Shown here: piece after piece, positions 24,831 through 38,799 of the stretch
How the letters are laid out: each line of letters begins with the position of its first letter
Position numbering within the stretch: position 1 is the first letter of the stretch
Source of the DNA: Camelus ferus
Lineage: Eukaryota
DNA length: 64,000 nt
Assembly: GCF_009834535.1 (NCBI RefSeq)
Contig: NC_045696.1
Location: 76,262,001-76,326,000 of the forward strand
Direction of reading: 5' to 3'
The notes under the pieces: model-generated
The model's input: only the letters and a program-made list of their open reading frames with translations
What the model was told of the DNA's origin: nothing
The model's database searches: none
Made by a program: the position numbers and the translations under genes

Positions 24831-26162
24831 GCACCCAGGCAGAGAATGCTCCTCTGACTTCAGGACTTCCTGAAACATTTCTATCAGCATGTTTAAGGTG
24901 ACCAGTTCATGAAAATAAAAGAGAAAAGTACTGTTTTTTTGAGGATTAGAGATTTTCCTAGCATCACACACATAGATCACAACCTTTAGCCCCTTGAGTG
25001 ACTGAAAGATCTGTCAGAGAAACCCCAAAACTCAGTGGAGATGATTAGCCTCCCAACTAGCTCCACCTCTCTGGGACTATTTAGGGGAGCCCTCAAAGCA
25101 ATTCATATATCACCACCCAATTCCCTGTCCCTTTCACTTCTGCTTTGTTAGGGCCACAGCACACTACTGCAATCACCTTGAGTCTTCCAGCAGCCTACAA
25201 TTATCTATCCAGCTGTTTCCTTTACTTTGGCAAGGGGGCAATGAAGAAGATAGGCAAAAAAGTTCCCCTGTTAGAACTCCTTCTGCTTATTTTCTATCTG
25301 AACAAACACCTGGGCATTAGGTCCCATGAGAAGAAAAGGCAGAGAACTGAAAATGCTGCTTCCCCTGAACTTCATAGAAAGAAACACTGAAAGTGGGACT
25401 CTCCTTCCTCCTAAGTAAGCCAGCACTCTCAAAGCACCATCCTCCCCCGAGATGGTCCCAGATGCCATCATGTGGTTTTACAATGAGCACTGAGACTATC
25501 CCCAGCCATGCCACTGGAGTCTCCATGGGCCAAGGGTCAAGGCACTTCAGCCGCATTTTTGGCATGGCCAAGTAAGCAGACACAGCCCGAGAAGGCTCTC
25601 ACTGAGTGAGGAGAGCATCACCGCAGTCCTGCATCTACACACTCTCTGTTCCAAGAGAACCAGATGCTCAGTAGATGCTCAAAAACTCGACCATTTCCAC
25701 AGAACGCAAATAAGCCTTGAATGTCTGTGACATTTCAATAAAGCTACTGCCTGTGTCCAATGGTTTCAGCTATAAAATTCCACATCTCTGTTATAAATTC
25801 AAGGTCTTCTCCTCTCGGAATTAGCTTCCTCAGACCACTTCACAAACAAGTTCTAGTCTCTTAGGATCATTTAAACATTTTGCTCTAAAATTTTAAAATA
25901 ACCTATTTCCGATTATTGTCATTCATTGCTATCACTGGGAAATGTCAGCAAAGGGCTAGGAGTAACTTCCTCAGCTAATAGCAGCAAAACATTATGTTCT
26001 CGGAGTTGTTTATAACAGAAGGAAAACTTAGAATTAGGTAATGCAGGTGATTTAGCAGTCCCCTGTGTTGCAAATATTAAGAGACGTCGAAGCTCAGAAT
26101 GTAACCTTTGAGTATACATAAAAAATACATGATAAAATTGGAAGTCCTGGCATTGTATTTAC

Positions 26163-26197
26163 CCACAGGCCATCATCAGCATTCGGAGGCATCAAAT
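26163..26197 (-). CDS. Candidate 35-nt exon (31 nt with the alternative donor), DLMPPNADDGL(W)
   Basis: ttttcctctgatcaaaagtcacaaag|ATTTGATGCCTCCGAATGCTGATGATGGCCT|gtgggt or ...CTGTGG|gtaaat. Phase-compatible with the 48-nt exon. CpGs are retained in the surrounding AT-rich block. Confidence 0.4.
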
Positions 26198-27639
26198 CTT
26201 TGTGACTTTTGATCAGAGGAAAATAGGAGGAATGATTTTTCTTAATCTTAAAAAAGCATCTAATAAGAAGAGACCTTGCTAATAATTAACTATAGCCTCT
26301 GGACTTCTCTAGGGGAGCTTTTAACTCTTTCAAAACTACCTCACAGAATGGATATACAATAGTTTTATAAAACACAAGGGACATATTCAGCACAATATGT
26401 TCCAGAAGAGAAACAATGGTGCAGCCCACTCAGTCTTTCCAACATGCTGAAAATTTTGTTTCAACATATAACTATTAACATAGTTATTAAATATAAACAA
26501 AGAAAATAATAAACATAACTAAAATAAGCATAATAGTTACTTTGCCAGATTAGAATTTTTTAATTTTTCCTTCTTTCTTTCTTTCAATTCTCAGTGGTTT
26601 TGCAAGGTGTGCTGGTATGGTTAAGCACTGACAGAATCCTACGTCAGTTCATGAGCTGCCACCCCAAGAGTAAGTAGATTGATTAGTCAAGAAAAATAAG
26701 TATTTTCTATGCCATTGAGTGCTGACTTTATACAGTTACAATTTGAAACTGCCTGTTGAGGGGACCTTAAAGAAACCCTGGAATATTCCATAAAATACAG
26801 AAAGATTAGCATTAGATCTCTTCTTGTCCCTTTCCAAACTTTGGCTTCCAGAACGTTAAAAACATAATTATCTTCAGAGCTCATGAGAACTTTGCCTCTA
26901 AACAAAGCTTTCAGTATGAAATTACAAATCCAAAATAAATTTTACTGGCAATGAAAATAATTGCCTTCGTGTTGTAGAGAATTAGCTCCATAATTCAATC
27001 AAATCGTTTTTTAATGATTTATAAATATAAACCAGAATATATTTTCAGGTTATAGGAGCTTATAAAAAAATAGCTGAAGTTTCCTACAAACAATAACGTA
27101 TTGGAGTTTTAGATCTTCCAACCATTAGATTAACATATATTAGCATAGGTGAGGTTTGATGTTGGTCCAAGTAGATGATTCATATCCCCTCACCCATGTT
27201 TAATCTCTCAAGGTAAAAAAATAATAATATGACTGCTACTCTAACAGGTACATAACAATAAGAGATCACCTAAAATTGTCCATGATAAAGTTTATCACCC
27301 TCAAGAATTTAAATTATAAGATACCCATTTGCCTACATTGACATGATATGATGTTCTGCTTTAGGATCTCAAAATACTGAAATAAGCCATGACAATATCA
27401 ACATTTTTATTCAGTATTTATTAAGTAAATAAGACATTGAACTATATTACTTTGAGGATACTCTTTAACTATTATATATCTGATATATTGCCCCTCTTTT
27501 ATGCTAGTCCTGGGTAAAACTAATATTTCATGGCTCCCTCTTCCCCTTACAAACCCTGTCTTTCTTATCAATGCTGTGCCAACTCCACATCTAACGAGGC
27601 AACTGAATTTGAGGTGAGTGTCTTCAAATTACATATTAG

Positions 27640-28310
27640 ACCTATCCCCATCTAGCTATGTGACCTTAAGCGAAATATCATATTTGAACTTCAGTTTCTT
27701 CTTTGATAAAAGGGGGTTCACCTTCCCTACTTACCTAAAAGTTTTGTAAAGATCAAATATGAAGTCATATAAAACTTTTCTTAAGTGAACATTATATTAT
27801 CTCCTCATGCCAGTTAGAATTAAGTTCAGCTGACGTGACAGACAACTCAAAATGATAATGCCTTAAACACTATCTATGACACAGTCAGAACTTCATTGCT
27901 TTCTCAAGTGAAACAGATTTGGAAGGAAGCTTTCCAGGGTCACCTTGATGGCCACAGGAGGCAGGGACCCAAACTCTTTCTCTTCTGATGATTTTTCTTT
28001 TGATGCTCCACCATTCTTAGCACCCTGCTTCCCCTACTCATGATTCGGGTTGGCTCCCTGAGATCTGCCATCAGCTCTGCGTTCCAGACAAGGAGAACGA
28101 GGATGGGAGGGGGCATTTACCCTCCCTTTCAGAATGCTTCTGGGAGTTCCACTGCACTCTAGGTGATATGTATTAGCCAAAGCTTAGATATATGGCATTA
28201 CCAGGTTGCAAGAGAGGTTGAGAAGACATGTGTCCTGCTGAAAACCAGCAATTCTACTACAGAGAAAAGAGATGATGGTTATTGGAGACCAACTACCAAT
28301 TTCTGACAGA
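27640..28310. mobile_element. MIR (27640-27790) followed by an MLT1-type LTR (~27808-28308)
   Basis: ctagctatgtgaccttaagc...tcagtttc; tgccagttagaattaagttcagctg...ggttattggagaccaactaccaatttctgaca. Confidence 0.65.
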
Positions 28311-29387
28311 GATCATTTTTTCTAACTTCTGTAGGACTGCAACATACTCTAGAGCCACCTCTCCTTGAGTCCCTGTTAAAACTTTCCTGTCCAGGTTACA
28401 TTTCTGCTGAATCCTACTCTCTAGTCTCTAAGTGACACTGACCACACAATAAATTTACTGTATTAAAGTATTTAAAAGCAGAAAATGGTTTATTATTGCC
28501 AAAAATCTCTGAGATGGCATTTTATAAGTTCTTCCTTCCATAATGGTACTGCTCATTGCCAGAGTTCCAAATTTATCCTATAAAGCACAAATCTAATTAT
28601 ATAATTTCCTTGCTTAAAACCTGCAGCAGTACTCCCTGACTGAATAAACTATGTTTTCATTTGCCCAAGATAGTTTTTATTTCTGCCTCTTGTCTAGTGG
28701 CCCATCCTGTTCAGCACGTGCTTTGGATTTCTGCCAAAATAACATTAATATTTGTACTAAAATAAGCTATAATGTGTCTAAATGGGCATCTATACTTCCA
28801 GAGGCTCTTTGGGTACTCTGTGAGAAGCATGTGCAATGAATAGATTTAGTCGTATTTGACTATTTGACTGAATCTGAAGATAATACAACTCTCCTTTCCA
28901 ATCCCTTTATCACCCAACTCAAGTTACATTTCCCTTTTAAGAACAGCACACAGGGTTACTCATTCATAATTCATTCATAAATTAAACTGCATCTTAATAT
29001 ACTTGGGTAAAGCCAGTTAACTCCTTCCAGTCCAAGGGCACTGCCCTCAAACTACAGGAAGTCAGCAGGCTGACAGTTAGTCAAGTGGGAAACATGAAAA
29101 CAAGTTAAATGTCAGTGAAAATATGTGCAGAAAATAGAGAATAAGCAACCCTGCTAAAGAGTGCATAGAGAATAGTCTGAATATTCTTACTACAAAAGTT
29201 TGTCATTTGGCAATTTACAGTATAGTTAGAGCTTTAACTATATTTTATTGCTTGTTAATGCATTTTTATTTTGCAATAAACCTTTTCAATGGCAATGAGC
29301 TAAAAAGAAGAAAATTCAAACTTAATGAAAAGTTAAGACTGAATTTCCATTTATCAAGAAAGTTAATGATTACAAAGTAATACATAC

Positions 29388-29435
29388 CAAACATTTCTTG
29401 AGAATTACCATCCACTGCGTGAGCTACTGATATCA
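29388..29435 (-). CDS. Candidate 48-nt frame-preserving exon (x-ISVAHAVDGNSQEMF)
   Basis: tttttttgtcttctggttttcacatggccag|TGATATC...ATGTTTG|gtatgt. Length divisible by 3 and open in phase 1-1. TGCATG lies ~100 nt upstream on the minus strand, within a repeat-free AT-rich block. Confidence 0.55.
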
Positions 29436-31479
29436 CTGGCCATGTGAAAACCAGAAGACAAAAAAACTTCTGAATACACATCAGCAACTCCTCCAAAGTT
29501 AACAAAAGACTTTGCCCAAGCATGGTAATTTAATACATGCAGCCATTGAAGGTGAGTTTCCATAACACACTGTAAAGCGTCACTTTTCATTTAGACCACG
29601 TGGCTTTTCTAAATTAATATTGCTTATTTTTTATTCCAAGTTTCCTTGTGCAAATATAAAAAAATAAAGTGAGAGTTGTTAATGTACTATCTCCGTTAGA
29701 AGAAAAGCCTCAGTTAAGTAGTACAAGTTTTGCATCAGTCTTCAGCTACAAATAGAAAATCAATTAATTTAAAAATGGTTCAACTGTTTTTGTCGACTTA
29801 TAAAATACTTCATTCAGGCATAGCTGAAACATCTGACATTTCTGCTAAGGCTATTACTAAATTCAGTTAAATTTTTTAATATTAAAAGCAATTATTTGTT
29901 TTTGTCGTGGTAAAACAATTAGAAATTGATGGAACCTAGTATCACGGTAAAAACAGAGATCTAAAGAAGCATTAAAAAGATTAGAACTATGCAGAACTCG
30001 GACCTGGTTGTGGTACACATGTAATTCATAAGTGTGTCAGAATAAGTTATGATACTCTACTACTCAAGATACAATAGTACTTGAAAGCCATAGTTCTCAA
30101 ATTTTACACATATATGTATACGTATATACATAGTTAAAATGATTTAACTGCATAAAAATCTGTAATGACACAGGTACTAATGACCAAATATATTCATGTG
30201 GCAACACATACTTCCTCATTTTGCTACCTGCAATCAATTGGATGTTAAAAAATGTTTGATCTTTTGAATAGTTTTTATTTCACGGCAACCTAAGTGTCCT
30301 ATAATGGAGGTGAACTTTATAAACAAGTGCTCTAAATTTTGTTTGCTATTTGTTTGAAATTAGTTGGAAATAAAATGCTCAACAAATGAAATGTCAAAAC
30401 ACTTCAGTTTTTGAAGCTTTTCATAAATTTTGATTACTAAAAACAAAGTTTACAACGAGTAAGTCATTGAAACTTACCCTCCCAAAGGAAAAACTGAATA
30501 AATTAAATGACAAGAGCTTACAGGATATATAAATTTCAGTTTGAAAATTCTTAATTGTCATTTAAAACATATTACTTGTAGGCAGCATTATTTAATAAAG
30601 CTACTATTTTTAGTTGGATAAATTATATTCTATTCTAGAGTGGAATGAAATTGAGAAAGCCTATAATTTGTATCATTTATATTTGGCAAAAATTCAAAAA
30701 CATCATAAACAGGGACAATTTATTTGATGAGCTGTCTTATAAAAGTACTTGTTGAAGAAAGATACACTGAATAGAGAAAGAAAAGAGCCAGAGATGTTTA
30801 CAAATTTTAATATGAAAAAAAAATGAATTGAGAATATCTTCCATTTAACATAATTTGTTTTGAACATTTCTCAGAGCCTGCAGGAAGAGTATTTTCTCAA
30901 TTAAAAAAAAAAAAGAGTTCAATGGAGTTATCAAACATTCTAATCTACATACCGTAAAATAGAGCTTTAAACATTACTGTTTCATTAAAATGTTAAAAAT
31001 AAGATTATACTGAAAAATATCAATTCTCAGAAAAATACTAATGACATAATATTAGAGATAGTTGTAAAAAAGCAGATATAATGTGGCTATAGCAAGAATA
31101 ATTTTTGCTCATATTATTTTTATGGTTCACATAATGAGATTTTTAATTTTTGCTTTAATATACAAGATAAATGTCTTTATACTTTGAGAAAGAATTTTCT
31201 CTTCAAAAAGCATAATAGAATTAATCTGATGATCAATGAATATTAAAAATTTTAAATTCCAATGATTTGTAACATCTCCCTTTTACTCTCAAAAGTATCC
31301 TAGTTTGAACAGTAAATTTTATGGCCACCCTAACTGGAGCCAACAGAAAAAAGCCACGTGACTTGTGATGTGGCCTCTGAACGTTCCAGTCTCGTCTTCC
31401 ACATTTCCCCCCCAAGTCCTTCTCCAAAGCGTCCCAAGCTCAAGCTACACACTCCTCTCACTGGCCAGGAGCAGAGTTC

Positions 31480-31830
31480 ACTGGATCTGCTCTGCCCCCA
31501 CACTTCCCTCTGGCTGCAATGCCCTGTGCTCTCGTAATCCTGTTGAACTCTAACTCAACCATTAAATCCAACTCAGATATCTTCCAGTATGCTTTCCCTG
31601 GCTTTCTCCTCCCACCTTCCCACACAACAGTATTAATTATGTGCTCATCTGGGACTTCGTGAAGTTTACAACCCTGATGCTTACAGATCCACTATTTTGT
31701 TTCCAGCCCTCCTTTGTGATTGGATGGCGAGCGCTGAGAAGTCATGGATTTTGACTTCATCCTTGTGTACCCAGAGCTTGATGCATTACCTGACACATAA
31801 GGCTCATTAGGTAAATATTTGTCCAGTGGA
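31480..31830 (+). mobile_element. L2 3' fragment
   Basis: tcatccttgtgtacccagagc...cctgacacataaggctcattaggtaaatatttgt. Confidence 0.6.
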
Positions 31831-32439
31831 ATGTGTGGTATTGCAAAGACGGCCTTTCAGAATCCCCTAAAACAAACTACTTAGGCATCTCCCTGTTCTG
31901 TGTTTGTACATAAGGCCATCCCAGGACCTGATCCACCAACTGCTGTGCTCAGTGGAGCCTGGTGTTCCCTGAGGGATGTAGGTTCATGATCATTTATTGG
32001 CATGTTCTTACTAGGGCTCTACAGTGAGTAGATAATTAAGCTCAGCTACCTACTGGTTTGTTCAACTTCAGAGAATCTAAGACAGTAATACTGTGTACAT
32101 GTGTGTATAAAGAGAACTCCAATGGATAGGCTAACAAGAGGCCCACACACAAAGCCCAACTAACAAACAAAGGAAATGAATATAACCTAACCTATTCCCT
32201 AAAGCTGCCCACAGACCCCCTCACTAAGTAAGAAGGTCTTAAGTAAGAAGATGTTTCTTCAGAGTGGATCTATGACATAAACAGTTGTGGGACTCCATGC
32301 TCAAACAAGAACATTTTTCATTATGCATGTAAGTCAAAGGTTCCTATAGGTGTGTATATTATAAGCACCTAAATAGATAAGTATTATCTATTCAGATGTC
32401 CATTGAGATCAGTGATGCTGAAGATTACACAGGAGACCG

Positions 32440-32610
32440 CTCAATGGTAAGACCTTGGTGCTAGACAGGTCTGTCACAGAATTTTGACTTCATCTTTCCT
32501 TGAACTTCAGTTTCCTCATCAGTAAAATGTGGATGATACTGCCTGTCATTCAGGGTTATTAAGAGGATTAAAAAGGACAGTGCTTGGCTAGGTAAACAAT
32601 AAAGTTGTTA
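32440..32610 (+). mobile_element. MIR
   Basis: cttcagtttcctcatcagtaaaatg...cagggttattaagaggattaaa. Confidence 0.75.
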
Positions 32611-33369
32611 TGTTTCTTATTACAAGGTTTGTTCTTGTTTGACTACCATGGAACCTACTAACACTGGACAGCCTTAATTCTTATTCTCTAAAATTTACCA
32701 AGTACCCATGGCTGCCAAATTCTGTTTCCAGTGCATTTTAAGCACAGCCTCCCTTCCCAGATCCACAGGGAGCTGTCCTGCTCCGGGGCACTCCTGCTCT
32801 TCCCACCAGGCCACTCCCTCAAAGCAAGAGCTGAGGGTGTTTCTATGATCCTTCCAAGATTTGGCTAGGCTCCACATTCAGGCTGGTGACTCATGACCTT
32901 TCAAGTTGCTGAATGAATTTAAAGTGTTGCCAAGGAATTTTGCAATTCACAGCAGGTAGATGCAGAAATTACAGAATCAAATTGGTGACAACGGTTATTT
33001 GTGCCCGTAAGAATGAGGACACCTTGGAAAACAACATAGCCAAGTTTTCTTTATAGTTCAGAGCAGACCCCAAAACCTCTAGTGTATGTGAATGCTTAAA
33101 AAGAAAAACCCTATTCCAAGCAGGGGGTCCAAACTCACAGGTATTAACAAATGTGTTACAACTTATTTAAAAATGTGAATAGTGAATTGGTGTATATGAA
33201 ATCAAACAGAACTGATGAACATTATTCAATTACTTCACTTTAGATATAATTTAAAATCTTTCAAAAGACATTTGAAAGATTATTATTGACTCTATCAATA
33301 AAACCGATCGCTTTATCTTCCTGTGGTGCATCTTGGGCAATTTTCTTTTATCTAGCTTTCAATTTATTT

Positions 33370-35800
33370 TTTTTTTTAGCTCCCTTTAACCAGATGATTA
33401 AGCCATGTACTGAGTTTCCATTTTAATGACTATTTTACATTTCTACAAAGGTTCTTTAGTTATTTTTAAATGTTTTTCAGTATTCCATTTAAACTTGTGT
33501 TGGTGTTTGGGCTTTACATAATTTTTCATGGCTGCTCTACAAACAAAATGATGTATCTAATATTTAGTCCATTTTGATTTAATATTCTATCACTGCAAGT
33601 AAAATATAGAAACCTTATAACCATATAGGTCTCTTTGCCTTCTCCCTTTTATGTTATAGCTGTCATAATGTTTTACATCTATAGACATGAAAAACCCACT
33701 GAAGTTATAATTTTTGCTGTCAACTGCCATAATTTAAAGAACTTAAGAGTCTATTAAACTTAGCCAATTATTTACTATTTTTACTGTTCTTCTTTCATTT
33801 CTGAAGTTCCAAGTTTCTCTTCAGTATTATTTCCCTTCAACCTAATTAACTTCCTTTAGTGTTTCTTTTAGAACAGATCTGCTGGTAACAAACTTAGTTT
33901 TCCTTCCTTCCTGATATATTTTTACTGAATACAGAATTCTGGATTGACAGTACTTTTTTTGAGCACTTTAAACATGTATAGTTCCACCATCTTGTGACCT
34001 CCAAGATCTCAGAAGAGAAATCTTTGGATACTCAAGTTGTTCCCCTCTATGTAATGTGTTATTTCAAGATTTTTTTTTTCTTTTTCTTTTTGGTTTTCAG
34101 GAGGTTGATTATGATGCATCTGGGCTCATTTTAATTTGAGTTTATCCTGTTATGGCTTTGCTGAGCTTCTTAAATCTGTAAATTGGTGTCTCTCAAATCT
34201 GGGAAGGCTCCTGTCATTATTTCTTCAAACATTTTTTCTGCACCAATCTCTTTTTCCTCTCCTTCTGGAATTCAAATGACAACAATATTAGACATGTTGC
34301 TATTGTCTCCAGTGTCCCTAGGCCTCTATTAACTTTTTGGATGATTTTTTTACTCTTGTTCAAATGGGATAATTATTATTCATCTATATTTAAATTCACT
34401 GATTCTTTGGTCATCTATTCTGCTACTAAGTCCATCCATGGAATTTTTTTCATTTCTGATATTGTACTTCAGTTCTATAATTTCTACTTGGTTCTATTTT
34501 ATGTTATCCTATTTCTCTCAGTAGAACTTCTATCTTCCCATTCATTGAGTGTTTCTATCTTGATACAGAGCATAGCAGTCAATTTAGAGTCTTTGACCTG
34601 TAAACTCTGGATCGTCTTGAGGTTTAGGGGTTTATTGTCTTTTTCTCTTGAGAACTGGTCACATTTTCCTGGTGGCCTTTTTTGTTTATTTGTGGTATAT
34701 TGTGTAATTTTTAATTGTATGTTGGACACTTTGAGTTTGGTTGTTTTTTCAGTTGTATGTAAGACCTTTGGTCCTGCTAAAGTCCTCCAGAGAATTTGTT
34801 TTAGCAAACAGTCAACTCATTTAGGTCTAGAATGCAAGTCTGTCTCACCTTCGCTAGGCAGTGGTTCCACTATCGGGTTCAGCGTTCACAGCCTTCGCCA
34901 TATTGCTTTGGGTCTGCCCCGTGCTTGCACAGGTCCAGCATAAGCCTGGAACTTGTTCCAGTTCAAACACATCAATCCCTCTCTTCAGCTCTCTCCAATG
35001 ACATCCCCATGCTCTGGTGCCCCCTTTCTGAGCTGCTGGCCAGAAAGATGTGGTTTATCTTAGAGTTTAAGCTGCAGCTATAGCTCTGCAACTGGGGCCC
35101 CCATCTCAGTGCAAGATAAGGAGCTTAAAAAGAGAACAAAACTGGAAATTTACTTCCATACAGGTCACTCTTCAAATGTAGACTCCTTCCCCTAGTCTGT
35201 TTAGTTTTGCTAAATTTTCAGGGTTGTCAGATACTTGTTTTTTATATTTTTTCTAAAGTAATCACTAACAAAAAAGACTATTGCATTGTGGCCAGCAGCA
35301 GAAATCAACTGTTTGTTTTTTTTCAAATCTTCCTATACATTTTTCATTTTCTATTATTCTTTCCTTTTAGATTCATTTATTCTTTTTACCTAATTATTTG
35401 AAGCAAAAATTTTTATTGTCTCTATCATAATGTTCTATGATCTCAAGTTACTGCTTATGGCGAATTCTTACTTTGCCTATTTTATAATTTTGTATTGTGA
35501 GCTCATCTTGAGTCAAAAATCTTTTGGAGCCCCTTGCAACCTGGGCTGTAACACTGGTTCTCCAGAGTGGCTTTGTCTTCTCCAGAGGTCCCTGGTAACT
35601 CACTAGCCAGAGTTCAATTGATATGAAATTTCTCAGTATCAGATTCTTAGACCACACAGATGGTATAATTTGGATGTTAACCTGTCATGGTGGTTTTGTT
35701 TTTGTTTTCTGGCAAGAGCACAGGCCAAAAAACAGTCTTTCTTGACATCTCCCTGGGCCAATAAGCAGTTTGTCTAGTTTCTTTTTTTATAAAGGTGCAG
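33370..35800 (-). mobile_element. Old L1M 5'/ORF1-region fragments
   Basis: T-rich antisense L1 motifs: tttgagtttatcctg...tgctgagcttcttaaatctgtaaatt...cattatttcttcaaa...ctccttctggaattcaaat. Confidence 0.75.
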
Positions 35801-36372
35801 CCAATTAGCAGAGCAGGGCAGTGAAAGGGTGGAGAAGGGATATGAAAGCAGTGAGTGATTAATACCCTCTCTAACCCAAAGCAGCTGAGCCCCAGTAAGT
35901 CCCCTTTATTCTTTTAAGCAAGTCTTAGAAACTCAGCTTTTCTTACTATCTTTCTGCATTTGCCACTACAACCTGTCCCTCAGTGTTCTCTTCCCTCTTA
36001 CCAACTGTGGAATAATTTCCTCTCCCATCAACTGGAGAGAGTAAATACCCACTCTGTTTACTTCACAGTGTCATTGTGAATTATGATGCTTAGTCTCGAT
36101 AGACACCCAATCCCCAAAACCAATATGAAAAGACAGACTTGAACTGAAGGGAAACTGAATTTTTTTAAGGTTTTCTTTGCTACCCCAGTGATGGGGACCA
36201 CCCTGAAGTACAGTCCAGAGCAAAAAAAAAAAAAAAAAAATGCAAATCCAAGTCATGGTGCACATTTATCTCTACTTTCCCTGACACATACAGATGTCAC
36301 TGATCTTTGATCTCTTGTGAAACTATAAGTTGTTCTGAAATTTCTTTAGATCCTTTAAAGATTGGGAGTTAT

Positions 36373-36696
36373 TACTGGGAGACTCTCAATATTTCTACAC
36401 GTCTTGTTTGCAGAGATACTGACTGCCCTTTGTTCTGAACTATCTTCTCAAGGATATTCATATAGCAAACAGCCTTAAAATATAGATGCATCTCCCTCTA
36501 GAGCAAAGATCAGGTTTGCTTACAGCCTTGGAAGATAGAGGTAGTGTTTCCCCCATGAAGTAAAAGGCAGGTGTGCTTACTGCCCAGTATAACAAAGAAA
36601 ATTCTCCCTCTGAAGCAAAGGTCAAGCATGCTGACTGCATATTATACAAGATCCAGGTTTCTTAAGTTCAGGATTCTCCTCCTATAACACATAATC
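36373..36696 (+). mobile_element. 5' part of a MER76-like ERVL LTR
   Basis: Three imperfect ~55-bp units (...ctccctctagagcaaag...gcttac), as remembered for this family. Confidence 0.6.
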
Positions 36697-36977
36697 TGTG
36701 TCTTTGCTTCTGCTTATAGCTGCTGAAATACATGATAAGGCTATATGCAAACCACAGAGAAGTATGTATAACTGAGGATGAAACAAAGAAACTGGTGACC
36801 ACTTTTGGCATCTATGTACTTGTATTAAGGAATAGCCTCTTGGGATAGAATCTTGAGAGGACCTGGTAAATTGGCACTTGCCCAGATGCTATGTGAATGC
36901 ATGGCAACCATCTCACCCTTGGAAGAGAAATAAATACTATGGAAGGATTGGGCAGGCATAGAAAGACATTATATAAC

Positions 36978-37102
36978 TTCCAAGAACTCTGAAGTTCTAA
37001 GATTTTACCCTACTTGCACGCTAACAGCCCTGCAACATTAGCCTGCCACAGTTTCAAGGATGCTGGTAGAAGAGCTGAGACTGGGTAAGAGGAAAAGGAC
37101 AG
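36978..37102 (-). mobile_element. 3' end of a MER76-like LTR, inverted
   Basis: Reverse complement reads ccagcatccttgaaactgtggcaggctaa...gcaagtagggtaaaatcttagaacttcagagttcttg, the remembered 3' terminus. Confidence 0.55.
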
Positions 37103-37577
37103 TTTGCCTCTCTGCTAAGCCTATCCAAATGCATTAATAAACCCTGCTAGAGATTAAGAATGTAAAAACCCAATATAAGACCATTTATAAGTGTAAAGTT
37201 TTATTATTATTACAAGAGCTAAGGTTGGCCACCCCTGAGCTACCTATTAGAATTTCCTCATTCCTGAGTAGAACTTTAGTTAAAAGTAAATCAGTGAGCA
37301 CTCAGCTAAAACATTTGTTAGAGACCAGTAAACAGAAGTTTGCTCCTCTGTCAAAGGCTGAAAGGGACTAGGGACCATGTTTAATCTGTCGATAGAAAGT
37401 ATCACTATGCCTCTATGTTTTGGTGGTATTTTCCTGACAATCTGGTTACTAAGTTGTTAGATTCCAGAACTGACTCTTGATTGAGTCCACTTGGTCTAGC
37501 AGTGCATATTAGATTAATGAACAGGAAATGAGTTACATAAATTCCCTGGCTATCTTATTTTTCTTTTGTATTACTTA

Positions 37578-38131
37578 TATCTGTTCCAGTTACTATGGAT
37601 GCGTAACAAATTAACCCCAAATTCAGTGGCACAGAACAGTAATGAGTCATGTTCACTGATACTGTGGGCCAGGAATTTGGATGGGGCACAGTGAGGGCAG
37701 CTGGTCTCTGCTCTGATGTCTGGAGCTTTGGATGGAAGACTCAAAGGCTGGGAGTTGGAATTATCTGAAAGCATCTTCACTCACATCTGGTATTTGGTGG
37801 TGGCAGCCTGCTAGGGGCCGTGTTTGCTCTCCACATTGACCTCTCTGTTTGAGTTAGTTGGCTTCCTCACAGCATGGTAGCTGAGTTCTAAGGGCAAGTA
37901 TCCTAAGAGAGGGAACAGATGGAAGCTATATCCTTTTTATGACCTAGCCTTGGAAGTCACATAGCATCACTTCTGCCACATCTATTGATCAGAGAAGTCA
38001 AGTCTCCCAGATTCAAACAGAACACAGATCTCAAGTTTCAGTGGGAGGATGTCAGTCACAATTTAAGAAATGCATGTGGGATTGGGATATGTATACTGGT
38101 GTGGCCATCTATGTAAAAGACAATCTGCCAC
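37578..38131 (-). mobile_element. MLT1 (MaLR) solo LTR
   Basis: agttactatggatgcgtaacaaatt...gtgggccaggaatttgg...cttttatgacctagccttggaagtcacatagcatcacttctgccaca. Confidence 0.85.
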
Positions 38132-38799
38132 AGTATGTATTTGTGGTGAATTCTCACAATAATCCTACAAAACAGATGCTTTCATGTTCTTCATCTTATA
38201 GATGGAAAATGGATTTTTGGCAAGTTAAGCAACTTGGCCAAGATAACACAACCATTGGTGAATTAATGCCCGCTCTTAACATGAGTAATTGACTAAACAT
38301 TGGATCATAAGAACAACCATTAGTAAACTCATCCATATTTGAGTTCTGCTTAGACAAAGAATTCCTCCTCTCATAACCAGAGGTGATTTTGGTCTCTACC
38401 TAGAGCCACTGCTTTCAGGACTCTGTTGACCTGTCTGGTTGATCTGGCCATCAGCTCCTAAGTTTCAATGTCTAATATCTGACGCATGACCTGCCCTTTT
38501 AAAGTTCTGTTATTTCAGCTGCTTCTGGGACTGCACTGGCAGAAGAGCATAAAGGGGCTTGTACAGCATAGTGGCAACATGAGTAAGCTTTGGAAGCAGA
38601 TAAAAATGTGTATGAATCCTGGCTTTAACACTTCTTGTTTTAATACAGTAAATACTTAAGAAACTGAGGCTTAGAAACAGTAATTAGAAGTTAATTACTG
38701 AAATGGAGACAACAATGTGGTGCAGAGGGGAATATTAGTAGAAATAAAGTGTCACTGATACCTGACCCCACATTTGCCTGCAGCATCCTAGAAACTTTT

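Noticed and set aside
34341..34943. 200-aa hydrophobic ORF
   Set aside because: It is a T-rich antisense reading of an old L1 fragment.
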